Positions 8,267 through 16,112 of a stretch of DNA of 49,697 nt are shown one piece after another. The DNA lies in NCBI GenBank assembly GCA_026165385.1, contig GCA_026165385.1_4524.2. One strand, 5' to 3'. Origin of the DNA: a phage. The position numbers were made by a program, and so were the translations under genes. Below the pieces are notes generated by a model. The model was given only the letters and a program-made list of their open reading frames with translations, searched no databases and had not been told where the DNA came from. The stretch's first letter is position 1. Each line of letters begins with the position of its first letter.

Positions 8267-8506
8267 ATGATTTATTACGAAAGTATCGGAACCAAAGTGG
8301 TTGGTAAAACCATTACTCGTGAAAAGTTTGCAAAGATATTCGATATGCGTTATAAAAAATCTGAACACAAAGGCATCCGATTCGAAGATGCGCACTGTAC
8401 AATTTGTCCTTATAATGAAGACATAAACGGTACAATCGTTCCATTGGTAGAGGCTTCACATGATGACCTCTGGGATGAATATAATATCGCATGTCGTGAA
8501 ATTTAA
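8267..8506 (+). CDS. Hypothetical protein, 79 aa (alternative start 8255)
   Basis: ATG at 8267 follows GGAG; the upstream ATG at 8255 lies inside the ATGGAG SD-like sequence and has no SD of its own. Confidence 0.5.
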   Translation: MIYYESIGTKVVGKTITREKFAKIFDMRYKKSEHKGIRFEDAHCTICPYNEDINGTIVPLVEASHDDLWDEYNIACREI

Positions 8507-8534
8507 GTTAATGAATTAATCCGAGGAAAATATT

Positions 8535-9491
8535 ATGATGTTAGTTATTGGTTCTCGTGCACTTCACTATCATGGTCTTATTGATTCTAACGCTATCAAA
8601 AATAGTGATTGGGACTTTATTGCGGACCAATGTTCTTGGAATGCATTCAAAAATCAAATGATGGGTGTATATGTCCACCAAGATAACCCTGATGTCCAAG
8701 TTTTCAAATGCTTCCATAATGGACGCGAAACTCATTTTGAAGCATATATTGTTCCGGCAATCACTAATGTCCGTGAATTAGTTGGTGAACTCACTCCTGA
8801 AGATTTCACGTCTTCTTATGACCTTTTAAAATACGCCAAGAAAAATTTGACTAAAGATCGTTTGAACGGGTTTTACTGGGCAACTCCTGAGATATGTCTT
8901 GCAATTAAGATGTCTCATCGTTTCAAGAAAAATAATCCATTCTTTTTAAAGACTATGAACCATATTCAGTATCTTCGTGGTAAAGGTGTTACACTGAACG
9001 ATGAACTTACTGAAATTATGCTGAAACGTCAGAAAGAAACCTTGAATTATGCTCACCCGGTTCTTGACACTTCTAAAAGTGCGTTCTTTAAAGATGACAT
9101 CTATACATATGACCATGATACCATTCATGAAGCCATTGCACTAACAGACCGTCCAGCGTATACATTTTATATGAAAGATGGTTCTGAAGTCATGACCTCA
9201 CGCGAGAAGTTCGAATCATTACCAGAAATGGTCAAATTGGCCGGCGTATACGAAGAATCATGTGTACTAGCGTTAGAACGTTCTCAGATTCCTAATAACT
9301 TTGAAATCCATCCACGTGATAGTTTTATGATGGCCCTTGAAAAGGTCTGTACATCAATCACATCAGGATGGTTCCGTGAGTTCGCTTGGGAAAACTACAG
9401 CAAAGTAGTAAGTATGTACCAAAGCTTGGGACATGACGATTACGTCAAACGTTTCAAACAAAATTTCCATATGGTAAAACCTTTCAAATAA
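8535..9491 (+). CDS. Hypothetical protein, 318 aa, possible nucleotidyltransferase fold
   Basis: SD GAGGAAAA; N-terminus MMLVIGSRALHYHGL...SDWDF loosely fits the Pol-beta-type nucleotidyltransferase G[GS]...D.D signature; N-terminus resembles the ORF at 21099. Confidence 0.6.
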   Translation: MMLVIGSRALHYHGLIDSNAIKNSDWDFIADQCSWNAFKNQMMGVYVHQDNPDVQVFKCFHNGRETHFEAYIVPAITNVRELVGELTPEDFTSSYDLLKYAKKNLTKDRLNGFYWATPEICLAIKMSHRFKKNNPFFLKTMNHIQYLRGKGVTLNDELTEIMLKRQKETLNYAHPVLDTSKSAFFKDDIYTYDHDTIHEAIALTDRPAYTFYMKDGSEVMTSREKFESLPEMVKLAGVYEESCVLALERSQIPNNFEIHPRDSFMMALEKVCTSITSGWFREFAWENYSKVVSMYQSLGHDDYVKRFKQNFHMVKPFK

Positions 9492-9503
9492 CTTCACAAA
9501 ACT

Positions 9504-9541
9504 GTTTACACAATTATAGGACTATGTTATAGTAGTCCTAT
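9504..9541 (+). promoter_or_regulatory. Early promoter with stem-loop (PeSL-type cassette)
   Basis: GTTTAC 9504-9509; inverted repeat TAGGACTA / TAGTCCTA around -10; copy of the element at 533. Confidence 0.5.
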
Positions 9542-9561
9542 TAAAACATGAGGAGAATATT

Positions 9562-9867
9562 ATGAAATTAACAGAAACCAATCGAATTGGTCTTTTAACA
9601 ATACTTGCATCACCTTTTTACGCAACTCTTTCTGTTGCAGTATTACAAAAGGCTTACAGTATGGATGGTGTTCCTGGTTGTATATTTTTATCACCATTTT
9701 TGCTATTCGTTGGAGCTTTGTTATTATATGCCACGTCTGGTTTCGACCATAATGTCTGGGTCAATTATAAACGTAAATTGTCCGAAGAAGAACACGCAGA
9801 AGCTCGTAAAAAAGCTATTGAATCTACCAATCTAGAAAATTTCATTAAAGAATGTCGAGGAAAATAA
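9562..9867 (+). CDS. Small membrane protein, 101 aa, C-terminal NFIKECRGK tail
   Basis: SD GAGGAG; two hydrophobic helices; shared C-terminal motif. Confidence 0.6.
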   Translation: MKLTETNRIGLLTILASPFYATLSVAVLQKAYSMDGVPGCIFLSPFLLFVGALLLYATSGFDHNVWVNYKRKLSEEEHAEARKKAIESTNLENFIKECRGK

Positions 9868-9868
9868 T

Positions 9869-10555
9869 ATGAATAGTTCTAAAGTGTTTAATAGTCAAGC
9901 TCGTGCAGTAGGTGGTTTTGCTCATGCTATTAAAAACGACCAGATTAAAAACGAGCCTATGTTCTTCAACTGTAGTTTAGAATTTGCTTATAATAACGGC
10001 GGTCCTATTACTCGCAGCTTCATCATGAACTTGCCGGATGATTGGAACACCGACCAGGTTGTATTTGATTCACGAGTCCACATGCTGATGCCTGGCTGGT
10101 ACCCTGCTATTCCTGGATATCACCATGACGATGTTCCACGCCCTGATATTCCAGTTGGTCAACACTTTATTACTGCAGGACAACCTGACTATGACAACCC
10201 TCGTTACCATTCTGAACATATTCTTGGTCTTGTTAACGCTGATGTGTGTCCTACTCATTTTGCAACAGGAACTGCAGAGTTCAGTCAGATTCCTGATGGC
10301 GAACTTATCTATCGCCAGTGGCACAAAGAAGTCCTCGAAAAAATCGAAAAAGGTGAACTAGAGAAATGGGAAGCTCCAGACCGTACTCTTCTTCAGTTTG
10401 ATTGGCAAACATGGCACACTGGTTCTCGTGCAATTAGTAACGGATGGCGTTGGTTCGGACGTGTATCTCGTAATACAGACCGAGTTAAAAAGATTACCAA
10501 TGAAATTCGTGTCAATGCCCAAGTTTATCTGGAATTCCCTATGGAAGGCTGGTAA
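9869..10555 (+). CDS. Hypothetical protein, 228 aa
   Basis: ATG directly after the conserved junction motif GAATGTCGAGGAAAATAAT; Trp/His-rich, no recognised domain. Confidence 0.65.
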   Translation: MNSSKVFNSQARAVGGFAHAIKNDQIKNEPMFFNCSLEFAYNNGGPITRSFIMNLPDDWNTDQVVFDSRVHMLMPGWYPAIPGYHHDDVPRPDIPVGQHFITAGQPDYDNPRYHSEHILGLVNADVCPTHFATGTAEFSQIPDGELIYRQWHKEVLEKIEKGELEKWEAPDRTLLQFDWQTWHTGSRAISNGWRWFGRVSRNTDRVKKITNEIRVNAQVYLEFPMEGW

Positions 10556-10636
10556 TGATTAACAAAACATATTGGTCTAATCAACGAAGGTATTTCATAC
10601 TATTCAGTAGATTGGACAGGATGTCCATCCTACTTA

Positions 10637-11035
10637 GTGAAACATATTTGCCAAGAATTTAAAATCAACCAGCCAGCAGGTATTATCGTGAACAGATACA
10701 TTAATGGATATCAACCTATCGATGAAGTAATACGAACAACTCAAGCTGAGCTTGAAAAGTTTTTCAATAAGTGCCAATGGATAACAGGATGGATTATATT
10801 TGTACCGTCAGTGTGGTTTTTTAGTACTAAAGTAAGTGCCTTTGCCATACTAGATATTATCGCTATCTTATTAGCATCTACTATCGTAAGTATAATTGGC
10901 GGTATAATTGGTGGAGGTACTGTAGGCATCATTATTAATCTTGTTAAAAGTAGTTTACAAGAACATAAAGACAAGATAAAAGCCAAGAATAATGAAGTTG
11001 AACGTTTTATTACCGAATGCAGGAATTTGAGATGA
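10637..11035 (+). CDS. Small membrane protein, 132 aa, C-terminal RFITECRNLR tail; apparent GTG start
   Basis: The ORF has no in-frame ATG; GTG at 10637 without a clear SD; hydrophobic helices and Gly-rich GGIIGGGTVG segment. Confidence 0.4.
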   Translation: MKHICQEFKINQPAGIIVNRYINGYQPIDEVIRTTQAELEKFFNKCQWITGWIIFVPSVWFFSTKVSAFAILDIIAILLASTIVSIIGGIIGGGTVGIIINLVKSSLQEHKDKIKAKNNEVERFITECRNLR

Positions 11036-11256
11036 GTATAGCAATTTACATTAAATCAGAATCATGTGATAGTTATCTGTACACATACGATAAAGATGTG
11101 TCAGAAGAAAAAATCAAAGACGATCTTAATATGGACCTTGATATGTTCTGTCCTATTGCAGATTACAAACTTGCGGTCTCTAATAGTGAAAGTCCATCTA
11201 AAGAAACGCGCATTGAAGAATTTATGTCCGAATTAATGGCCAAATCATGGGACTGA
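11032..11256 (+). CDS. Hypothetical acidic protein, 74 aa
   Basis: ATG overlapping the upstream stop (ATGA) right after the junction motif GAATGCAGGAATTTGAG. Confidence 0.5.
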   Translation: MSIAIYIKSESCDSYLYTYDKDVSEEKIKDDLNMDLDMFCPIADYKLAVSNSESPSKETRIEEFMSELMAKSWD

Positions 11257-11257
11257 G

Positions 11258-11716
11258 ATGATGAGTAAGAAAAATAAAGTGAAAGAACTATCAGCCGGTA
11301 TTATTTTCCTTACCGAAGATAAAGAATTATTCATGGGGCGTGTAACTGGTTCTCGTCCTAAAGGTTCTTTAGCTCATCGGTGGGATATTCCTAAAGGACG
11401 TGTCGAGCCCGGTGAATCTCCTATCGAAGCCGCTATTCGTGAATGCGAAGAAGAAACTGGGTTTACACAATATGACCCTGCCTTCCTGAAAGACCTAGGT
11501 GAACATCATTACTCAGATAATAAGAATATTCATCTGTTCCTATATACCATCCCTGTAGAGCACGAGCAATTCAGAAACAGTGTTTGTAATTCCTATCATA
11601 CATTCCCAGACGGACGACAGATTCCTGAATTTGATGCATTCGCTTTAATTAAACCTTCTCAATGGGAATATGTAATGGGTAAATCATTATATAAGGTGCT
11701 CACTACCCTCCTATAA
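11258..11716 (+). CDS. nudE: Nudix hydrolase (T4 NudE / e.1-like)
   Basis: Nudix box GRVEPGESPIEAAIRECEEETGF; lies immediately upstream of lysozyme as in T4. Confidence 0.85.
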   Translation: MMSKKNKVKELSAGIIFLTEDKELFMGRVTGSRPKGSLAHRWDIPKGRVEPGESPIEAAIRECEEETGFTQYDPAFLKDLGEHHYSDNKNIHLFLYTIPVEHEQFRNSVCNSYHTFPDGRQIPEFDAFALIKPSQWEYVMGKSLYKVLTTLL

Positions 11717-11750
11717 GTAATAAATACCTCCTATAAACGTGGGAGGTATT

Positions 11751-12239
11751 ATGAATATATTTGAAATGCTTCGTAATGACGAAGGTCTTAGACTGACTTT
11801 ATACAAAGACACCGAAGGCTTTTGGACGATTGGCATAGGCCATTTAGTAACAAAGAACCCGTCTTTAGCCGTAGCTAAAGCTGAACTTGACAGAATGATC
11901 GGACGTAAATGCAACGGTACAATTACCCTTGATGAGGCTGAAAAGCTATTTAATGAAGACGTTGATAAAGCCGTTCGCGGAATCTTGGGTAATGCTAAAC
12001 TTAAACCGGTATATGATTCTTTAGATGCAGTTCGTCGATGTGCATTGGTCAATATGGTCTTCCAAATGGGTGTAGCAGGCGTCGCCGGTTTTACTAATTC
12101 TCTTCGTATGCTTCAACAGAAACGTTGGGATGAAGCGGCAGTAAATCTAGCCCAATCTAAATGGTATCGTCAGACACCTAATCGCGCGAAACGCGTAATC
12201 TCAACATTTAAAACAGGAACTTGGAAAGCGTATATATGA
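11751..12239 (+). CDS. e: Endolysin (T4 lysozyme e, muramidase)
   Basis: 162 aa starting [32 protein letters not shown], near-identical to T4 lysozyme including catalytic Glu11/Asp20 context; SD GGGAGG. Confidence 0.95.
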   Translation: MNIFEMLRNDEGLRLTLYKDTEGFWTIGIGHLVTKNPSLAVAKAELDRMIGRKCNGTITLDEAEKLFNEDVDKAVRGILGNAKLKPVYDSLDAVRRCALVNMVFQMGVAGVAGFTNSLRMLQQKRWDEAAVNLAQSKWYRQTPNRAKRVISTFKTGTWKAYI

Positions 12240-12517
12240 AAACATATAGTGAATTTTTATCAGAATCTATTCTTAACGAAGCTACTGACACATTTGCAAC
12301 TAAGCTAGGTGCAGCTTTGGTTGAAGCCGAAAGTCTATTAGCACGTATTTCTGAACTTGCTAGTAAGATAGATACTCGCAAATTTGAACGTACCAGCGAT
12401 ATCGCTAAGCTTGAAGCCTTGTTGCGTATGTGCGATAAACCGGAAGAAATCGCTAAGAACGGCTCGCTAATGAAACAACGTCTTGAAAAATATATTTCAG
12501 GCGCTTCAGAAAAATAG
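12236..12517 (+). CDS. Internal protein-like (capsid-targeted) protein, 93 aa
   Basis: N-terminus [10 protein letters not shown]; ATGA overlap with the lysozyme stop; position matches T4 ipII/ipIII between e and denV. Confidence 0.7.
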   Translation: MKTYSEFLSESILNEATDTFATKLGAALVEAESLLARISELASKIDTRKFERTSDIAKLEALLRMCDKPEEIAKNGSLMKQRLEKYISGASEK

Positions 12518-12518
12518 T

Positions 12519-12574
12519 GTTTACTTCCTCCAAGGTCTTTGATACTATATACATTCATCAACTACTTGGAGGAA
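12519..12574 (+). promoter_or_regulatory. Early promoter with 10-bp inverted repeat whose 3' arm contains the SD
   Basis: GTTTAC 12519-12524; TTCCTCCAAG (12525-12534) / CTTGGAGGAA (12565-12574); -10-like GATACTATAT between the arms. Confidence 0.5.
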
Positions 12575-12577
12575 ATT

Positions 12578-12991
12578 ATGACCCGTATCAATTTAACACT
12601 TGTTTCTGAACTGACCGACCAACATCTTATGGCTGAGTATCGTGAATTACCACGCGTATTTGGTGCAGTCCGTAAACATGTTCAAAACGGTAAACGTGTA
12701 AAGGATTTTAAAATCTCTCCAACATTTATCTTAGGCACAGGTCACGTAACATTCTTTTACGACAAACTCGAATTTTTACGTTTACGTCAAATCGAGCTAA
12801 TCGCTGAATGTTTGAAACGTGGTTTCAAAATCAAGGACACGACAGTCCAGGATATTTCCGACATCCCTGCCGAATTTCGTAATAATTATGTCCCGTCCGA
12901 AGCGTCCATTGCGATAAGTCAAGCACGCTTAGATGAAAAAATTGCTCAACGTCCGACTTGGTACAAATACTATGGTAAATCAATTTACTAA
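12578..12991 (+). CDS. denV: Endonuclease V (pyrimidine-dimer DNA glycosylase)
   Basis: 137 aa starting [29 protein letters not shown], near-identical to T4 DenV. Confidence 0.95.
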   Translation: MTRINLTLVSELTDQHLMAEYRELPRVFGAVRKHVQNGKRVKDFKISPTFILGTGHVTFFYDKLEFLRLRQIELIAECLKRGFKIKDTTVQDISDIPAEFRNNYVPSEASIAISQARLDEKIAQRPTWYKYYGKSIY

Positions 12992-12997
12992 GGAAAA

Positions 12998-13258
12998 ATG
13001 AAAATGTATCAAGAATTTATCGCTGAAGCAGTTGCCAAAGGTCCTAAATTTAAAGTTAAAGCTTTCGTTGGTGATGCCGAAGACTTTGGCTCATTAAAAC
13101 GTAACGGGTATTCTTTCTTAGGTGGCGATGGTAAAGAAATCAACACCTATGCAAAACGTAGTGAAATTGCTTATGTTGTAGCAAGTCCTAAAGTAGATGT
13201 TGACGATATTGGATACGATTTTAACAACGTCGGAATTATTTCTGGCGGTAAAGCTTAA
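12998..13258 (+). CDS. Internal protein-like (capsid-targeted) protein, 86 aa
   Basis: N-terminus MKMYQEFIAEA, almost the canonical capsid targeting sequence; SD AAGGAAAAA. Confidence 0.7.
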   Translation: MKMYQEFIAEAVAKGPKFKVKAFVGDAEDFGSLKRNGYSFLGGDGKEINTYAKRSEIAYVVASPKVDVDDIGYDFNNVGIISGGKA

Positions 13259-13261
13259 ATT

Positions 13262-13291
13262 GTTTACGCTTAAGTATTAATATGGTATAAT
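13262..13291 (+). promoter_or_regulatory. Early promoter (strong consensus)
   Basis: GTTTAC 13262-13267 and extended -10 TGGTATAAT 13283-13291. Confidence 0.55.
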
Positions 13292-13321
13292 TACTCTATC
13301 AAAACAAACAAGGAAACAAAA

Positions 13322-13636
13322 ATGAAAACGTATAAAGAATTTATTGCAGAATCCGCCAACCAACGCGTTGAAGGTGGTTATATTTGGATTGAACAAGTTG
13401 AGCCACCGAGCCGCACTTCTACAGGTAAATGGAAAATTACTGTTGATGGTCCTGGCGGTAAACGTAGGACTCTTAAAGAAATTAATGGGTACTACGAAGA
13501 AGCTCTTTCGGATGCAGGAACTTACATGATGCAAATCATGATTAAAAACCCTGAAAACCGTTTTGCAGCTAAAGTCTTCCGCCGTATTGGTAATAAACTT
13601 TATGATGCATACTCTAAAAACTTCCCTAAAGAATAA
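13322..13636 (+). CDS. Internal protein-like (capsid-targeted) protein, 104 aa
   Basis: N-terminus MKTYKEFIAES; SD AAGGAAA. Confidence 0.7.
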   Translation: MKTYKEFIAESANQRVEGGYIWIEQVEPPSRTSTGKWKITVDGPGGKRRTLKEINGYYEEALSDAGTYMMQIMIKNPENRFAAKVFRRIGNKLYDAYSKNFPKE

Positions 13637-13661
13637 CATAAATTAAAACAATAGGAACAAA

Positions 13662-13991
13662 ATGAAAACATATCAAGAGTTTATCACTGAAGTTACATTA
13701 TCTGCGGAACAGAAAGCTGCTATCGAAGAAGGTAAAAATCCCAAAGTAACATATAAAGTAAATAGTAAAGGCGTTTTTGATGGCTTGGTTCAAGACCCTG
13801 AATTGAAAAAAGCTCTTTCTAAAACTAATGCGTACTTTGCTCCTAAATTTAACACAGCCGGTGTACTTATTGGATTGGATGTATTCAACTCTAAAGGTGT
13901 TCTATCTAATGCCTTTGGTTATGCCGCTAACAAAATTACCAAAGCCGCATGGGAATCCAATACCAAACAAGCTCAAAAGCCTAGAGTATAA
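13662..13991 (+). CDS. Internal protein-like (capsid-targeted) protein, 109 aa
   Basis: N-terminus MKTYQEFITEV; SD-like TAGGAACAAA. Confidence 0.7.
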   Translation: MKTYQEFITEVTLSAEQKAAIEEGKNPKVTYKVNSKGVFDGLVQDPELKKALSKTNAYFAPKFNTAGVLIGLDVFNSKGVLSNAFGYAANKITKAAWESNTKQAQKPRV

Positions 13992-14163
13992 TTCTTGTCT
14001 AATAAAGGGAAACGCAACCTCTCCTTATGAACGTCGAGTCCTCTGAGTGATGTACCTTTTCCAACCTGTAATAAGGTCGAGCGCAATGCGGTAATGGGTT
14101 TACATAGCGAGTCTAAGGACCTAACATGTGCCATGGAATGGCCCAAACCTTAAGAGAAATAAT

Positions 14164-14703
14164 ATGAGAACATTTTTAACTGGTCCTTATCTATCCCTGA
14201 TGAATGCTTTTACACACCATTCTGATGCTAGAGTAGAAGAAATTTGTAAGAACGGTTATGTCCCACCATTTGAAGACGTACTCAAGCAGTACTGTACACT
14301 TCGTTTAGACGGTGGCAGACAATCAGGTAAATCAATTGCTGTGACTAACTTTGCTGCTAATTGGCTGTATGATGGTGGAACAGTTATTGTTCTTTCTAAT
14401 ACTTCAGCTTATTCTAAAATTTCTGCTGGCAACATTAAAAAAGAATTTTCTCGTTATTCTAGCGACGATATTCGATTCCGTTTATTTACTGATTCTGTTC
14501 GTAGTTTTATTGGCAATGAAGGTTCTAAATTCCGTGGATTAACGCTTTCTCGTATTCTGTATATAATTGACGAGCCTATTAAAGCTCCTGATATGGATAA
14601 GATTTACGACATCCATATTAAAACAGTCCAACACTGTTGCAAAAGCAAATATTGCATCGGCGGTAATGCTCGTCCTCAATTTTTTGTGATTGGAATGCAA
14701 TGA
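14164..14703 (+). CDS. P-loop NTPase-like protein, 179 aa
   Basis: ATG at 14164 after SD AAGAGAAA; Walker A-like DGGRQSGKS and Walker B-like ILYIIDEP. Confidence 0.55.
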   Translation: MRTFLTGPYLSLMNAFTHHSDARVEEICKNGYVPPFEDVLKQYCTLRLDGGRQSGKSIAVTNFAANWLYDGGTVIVLSNTSAYSKISAGNIKKEFSRYSSDDIRFRLFTDSVRSFIGNEGSKFRGLTLSRILYIIDEPIKAPDMDKIYDIHIKTVQHCCKSKYCIGGNARPQFFVIGMQ

Positions 14704-15008
14704 TGACCATTATTGAAGTTTTTGAATATTGTTATAACAGCCCAGTATGCAATAAAAGGGCCCTTGTAGAAAATTACGAGATTTACCATTTTAAACCTAA
14801 ACGATACCGTTTGACTAAAGGTCCTTTCGCAGGGCAGCAGGTTCTTTGTACTGCTCCTAATGCACGGTTGATGACTAGTATTCCGCATTTCAAAATGGAA
14901 TTTATTGATGGGCCATTTAAGGGATTAATCACTCAAAGTTTAATGGCGTTTAATTCCGACCCATTTTTGATTAAAGAAAAAACTTGGATAAATTTATTTT
15001 CTAATTGA
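14700..15008 (+). CDS. Hypothetical protein, 102 aa
   Basis: ATGA overlap with the upstream gene. Confidence 0.55.
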   Translation: MMTIIEVFEYCYNSPVCNKRALVENYEIYHFKPKRYRLTKGPFAGQQVLCTAPNARLMTSIPHFKMEFIDGPFKGLITQSLMAFNSDPFLIKEKTWINLFSN

Positions 15009-15014
15009 GGTTAT

Positions 15015-15377
15015 ATGAAAGCATATCAAATTCTTGAAGGTGCACATAAAGGCACTATTTATTTTGAAGACGGTACTCAAGCCCGGATTATTGTCTCTAA
15101 GACTTTTAAAGAAGACGCTATTGTAGACCCGGAAATTTTCTACGGTTTGAATGCCCGTGAAATTGAAATTGAACATCAACCTAAAGTTAAAATTGAAGGT
15201 GGTCAACATCTGAACGTTAACGTTCTGCGTCGTGAAACTCTAGAAGATGCAGTTAAGCATCCGGAAAAATATCCGCAGCTGACCATCCGTGTATCCGGTT
15301 ATGCAGTTCGCTTTAACTCTCTGACTCCGGAACAGCAGCGCGACGTTATCGCTCGTACCTTTACTGAGAGTCTATAA
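15015..15377 (+). CDS. Autonomous glycyl radical cofactor (GrcA/YfiD-like)
   Basis: C-terminus [60 protein letters not shown] matches the glycyl-radical domain of E. coli GrcA as I recall it; 3' part uses GC-rich host-like codons. Confidence 0.8.
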   Translation: MKAYQILEGAHKGTIYFEDGTQARIIVSKTFKEDAIVDPEIFYGLNAREIEIEHQPKVKIEGGQHLNVNVLRRETLEDAVKHPEKYPQLTIRVSGYAVRFNSLTPEQQRDVIARTFTESL

Positions 15378-15601
15378 TGGCTAAATTAATTATAGAAGGG
15401 TCTGAAGATGTTTTAAAATGTTTTGCCGCCTGGTTTAGTTGCTCTGGAGAGCAATCATTCACTGAAGCATTTAGAATGGGTGATATTACTGGAAACTATC
15501 CGACAACTGATATCACTGTACGTGGATATGGTATTAATGAGCCTATCCAATTGGTCGAATATGACCTTGCCACCGATGAGGAAATTCCTTATGTCGATTG
15601 A
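15377..15601 (+). CDS. Hypothetical acidic protein, 74 aa
   Basis: ATG overlaps the upstream stop (TAATG). Confidence 0.5.
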   Translation: MAKLIIEGSEDVLKCFAAWFSCSGEQSFTEAFRMGDITGNYPTTDITVRGYGINEPIQLVEYDLATDEEIPYVD

Positions 15602-15836
15602 AGACATCAAAGGCTACAAGCCGCATACCGATGATAAAATCGGTAAAGTGAACGCTATTAAAGATGCAGAAGTTCGTTTAGGACTTATTCTGGACGCCCT
15701 GGCAGAAGAAGCGTTATCAGCAAATACTCCTGAAGCTCTGACGGCTTTGTCCCAACTTAACTGTGCTAAAGAGCGTCTAAAGGAAGCTAGTATGTGGGCT
15801 TGTCGCGCTGTATTTCAGCCTGAGGAAAAATACTAA
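15591..15836 (+). CDS. Hypothetical protein, 81 aa
   Basis: ATG at 15591 after SD GAGGAAA; the track ORF 15423-15836 is an upstream extension overlapping the previous gene. Confidence 0.5.
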   Translation: MSIEDIKGYKPHTDDKIGKVNAIKDAEVRLGLILDALAEEALSANTPEALTALSQLNCAKERLKEASMWACRAVFQPEEKY

Positions 15837-16051
15837 TGGCTTCTACTATTACTGGGTTATTGGACTTCCAAGAAAAGGTCAACAAAATTTGTAGTGAATA
15901 CTTAAAGTATCTTGAAGAAGACCTTGAAGATTGTAAGGAAGAAGGCGAAGAAGACTATGCTGACCAGCGCCGTCGCCAAATCGAAGAGATGAGGCATTTC
16001 GCCAATATGGTATCTAAAGAATCTTGGGCTTTAACTCCATTTTATCAATAA
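15836..16051 (+). CDS. Hypothetical acidic protein, 71 aa
   Basis: TAATG overlap with the upstream gene. Confidence 0.5.
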   Translation: MASTITGLLDFQEKVNKICSEYLKYLEEDLEDCKEEGEEDYADQRRRQIEEMRHFANMVSKESWALTPFYQ

Positions 16052-16055
16052 AGTA

Positions 16056-16104
16056 GTTTACTTCTCCTCTAGTTGTGTTACTATAGACCTGTCAACTAGA
16101 GGAG
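16056..16104 (+). promoter_or_regulatory. Early promoter with inverted repeat whose 3' arm contains the SD
   Basis: GTTTAC 16056-16061; CTCCTCTAGTTG / CAACTAGAGGAG arms flanking TGTTACTATAGA. Confidence 0.5.
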
Positions 16105-16112
16105 AAATCAAA

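Noticed and set aside
13992-14163. tRNA or small RNA in the 170-nt gap before the P-loop gene
   Set aside because: No T-arm or cloverleaf-like pairing was found; the gap contains a GTTTAC and probably only promoter/leader sequence.
15423-15590. Long N-terminal extension of the ORF ending at 15836
   Set aside because: Overlaps the preceding gene in another frame; an ATG with SD at 15591 gives a compact gene consistent with neighbouring spacing.
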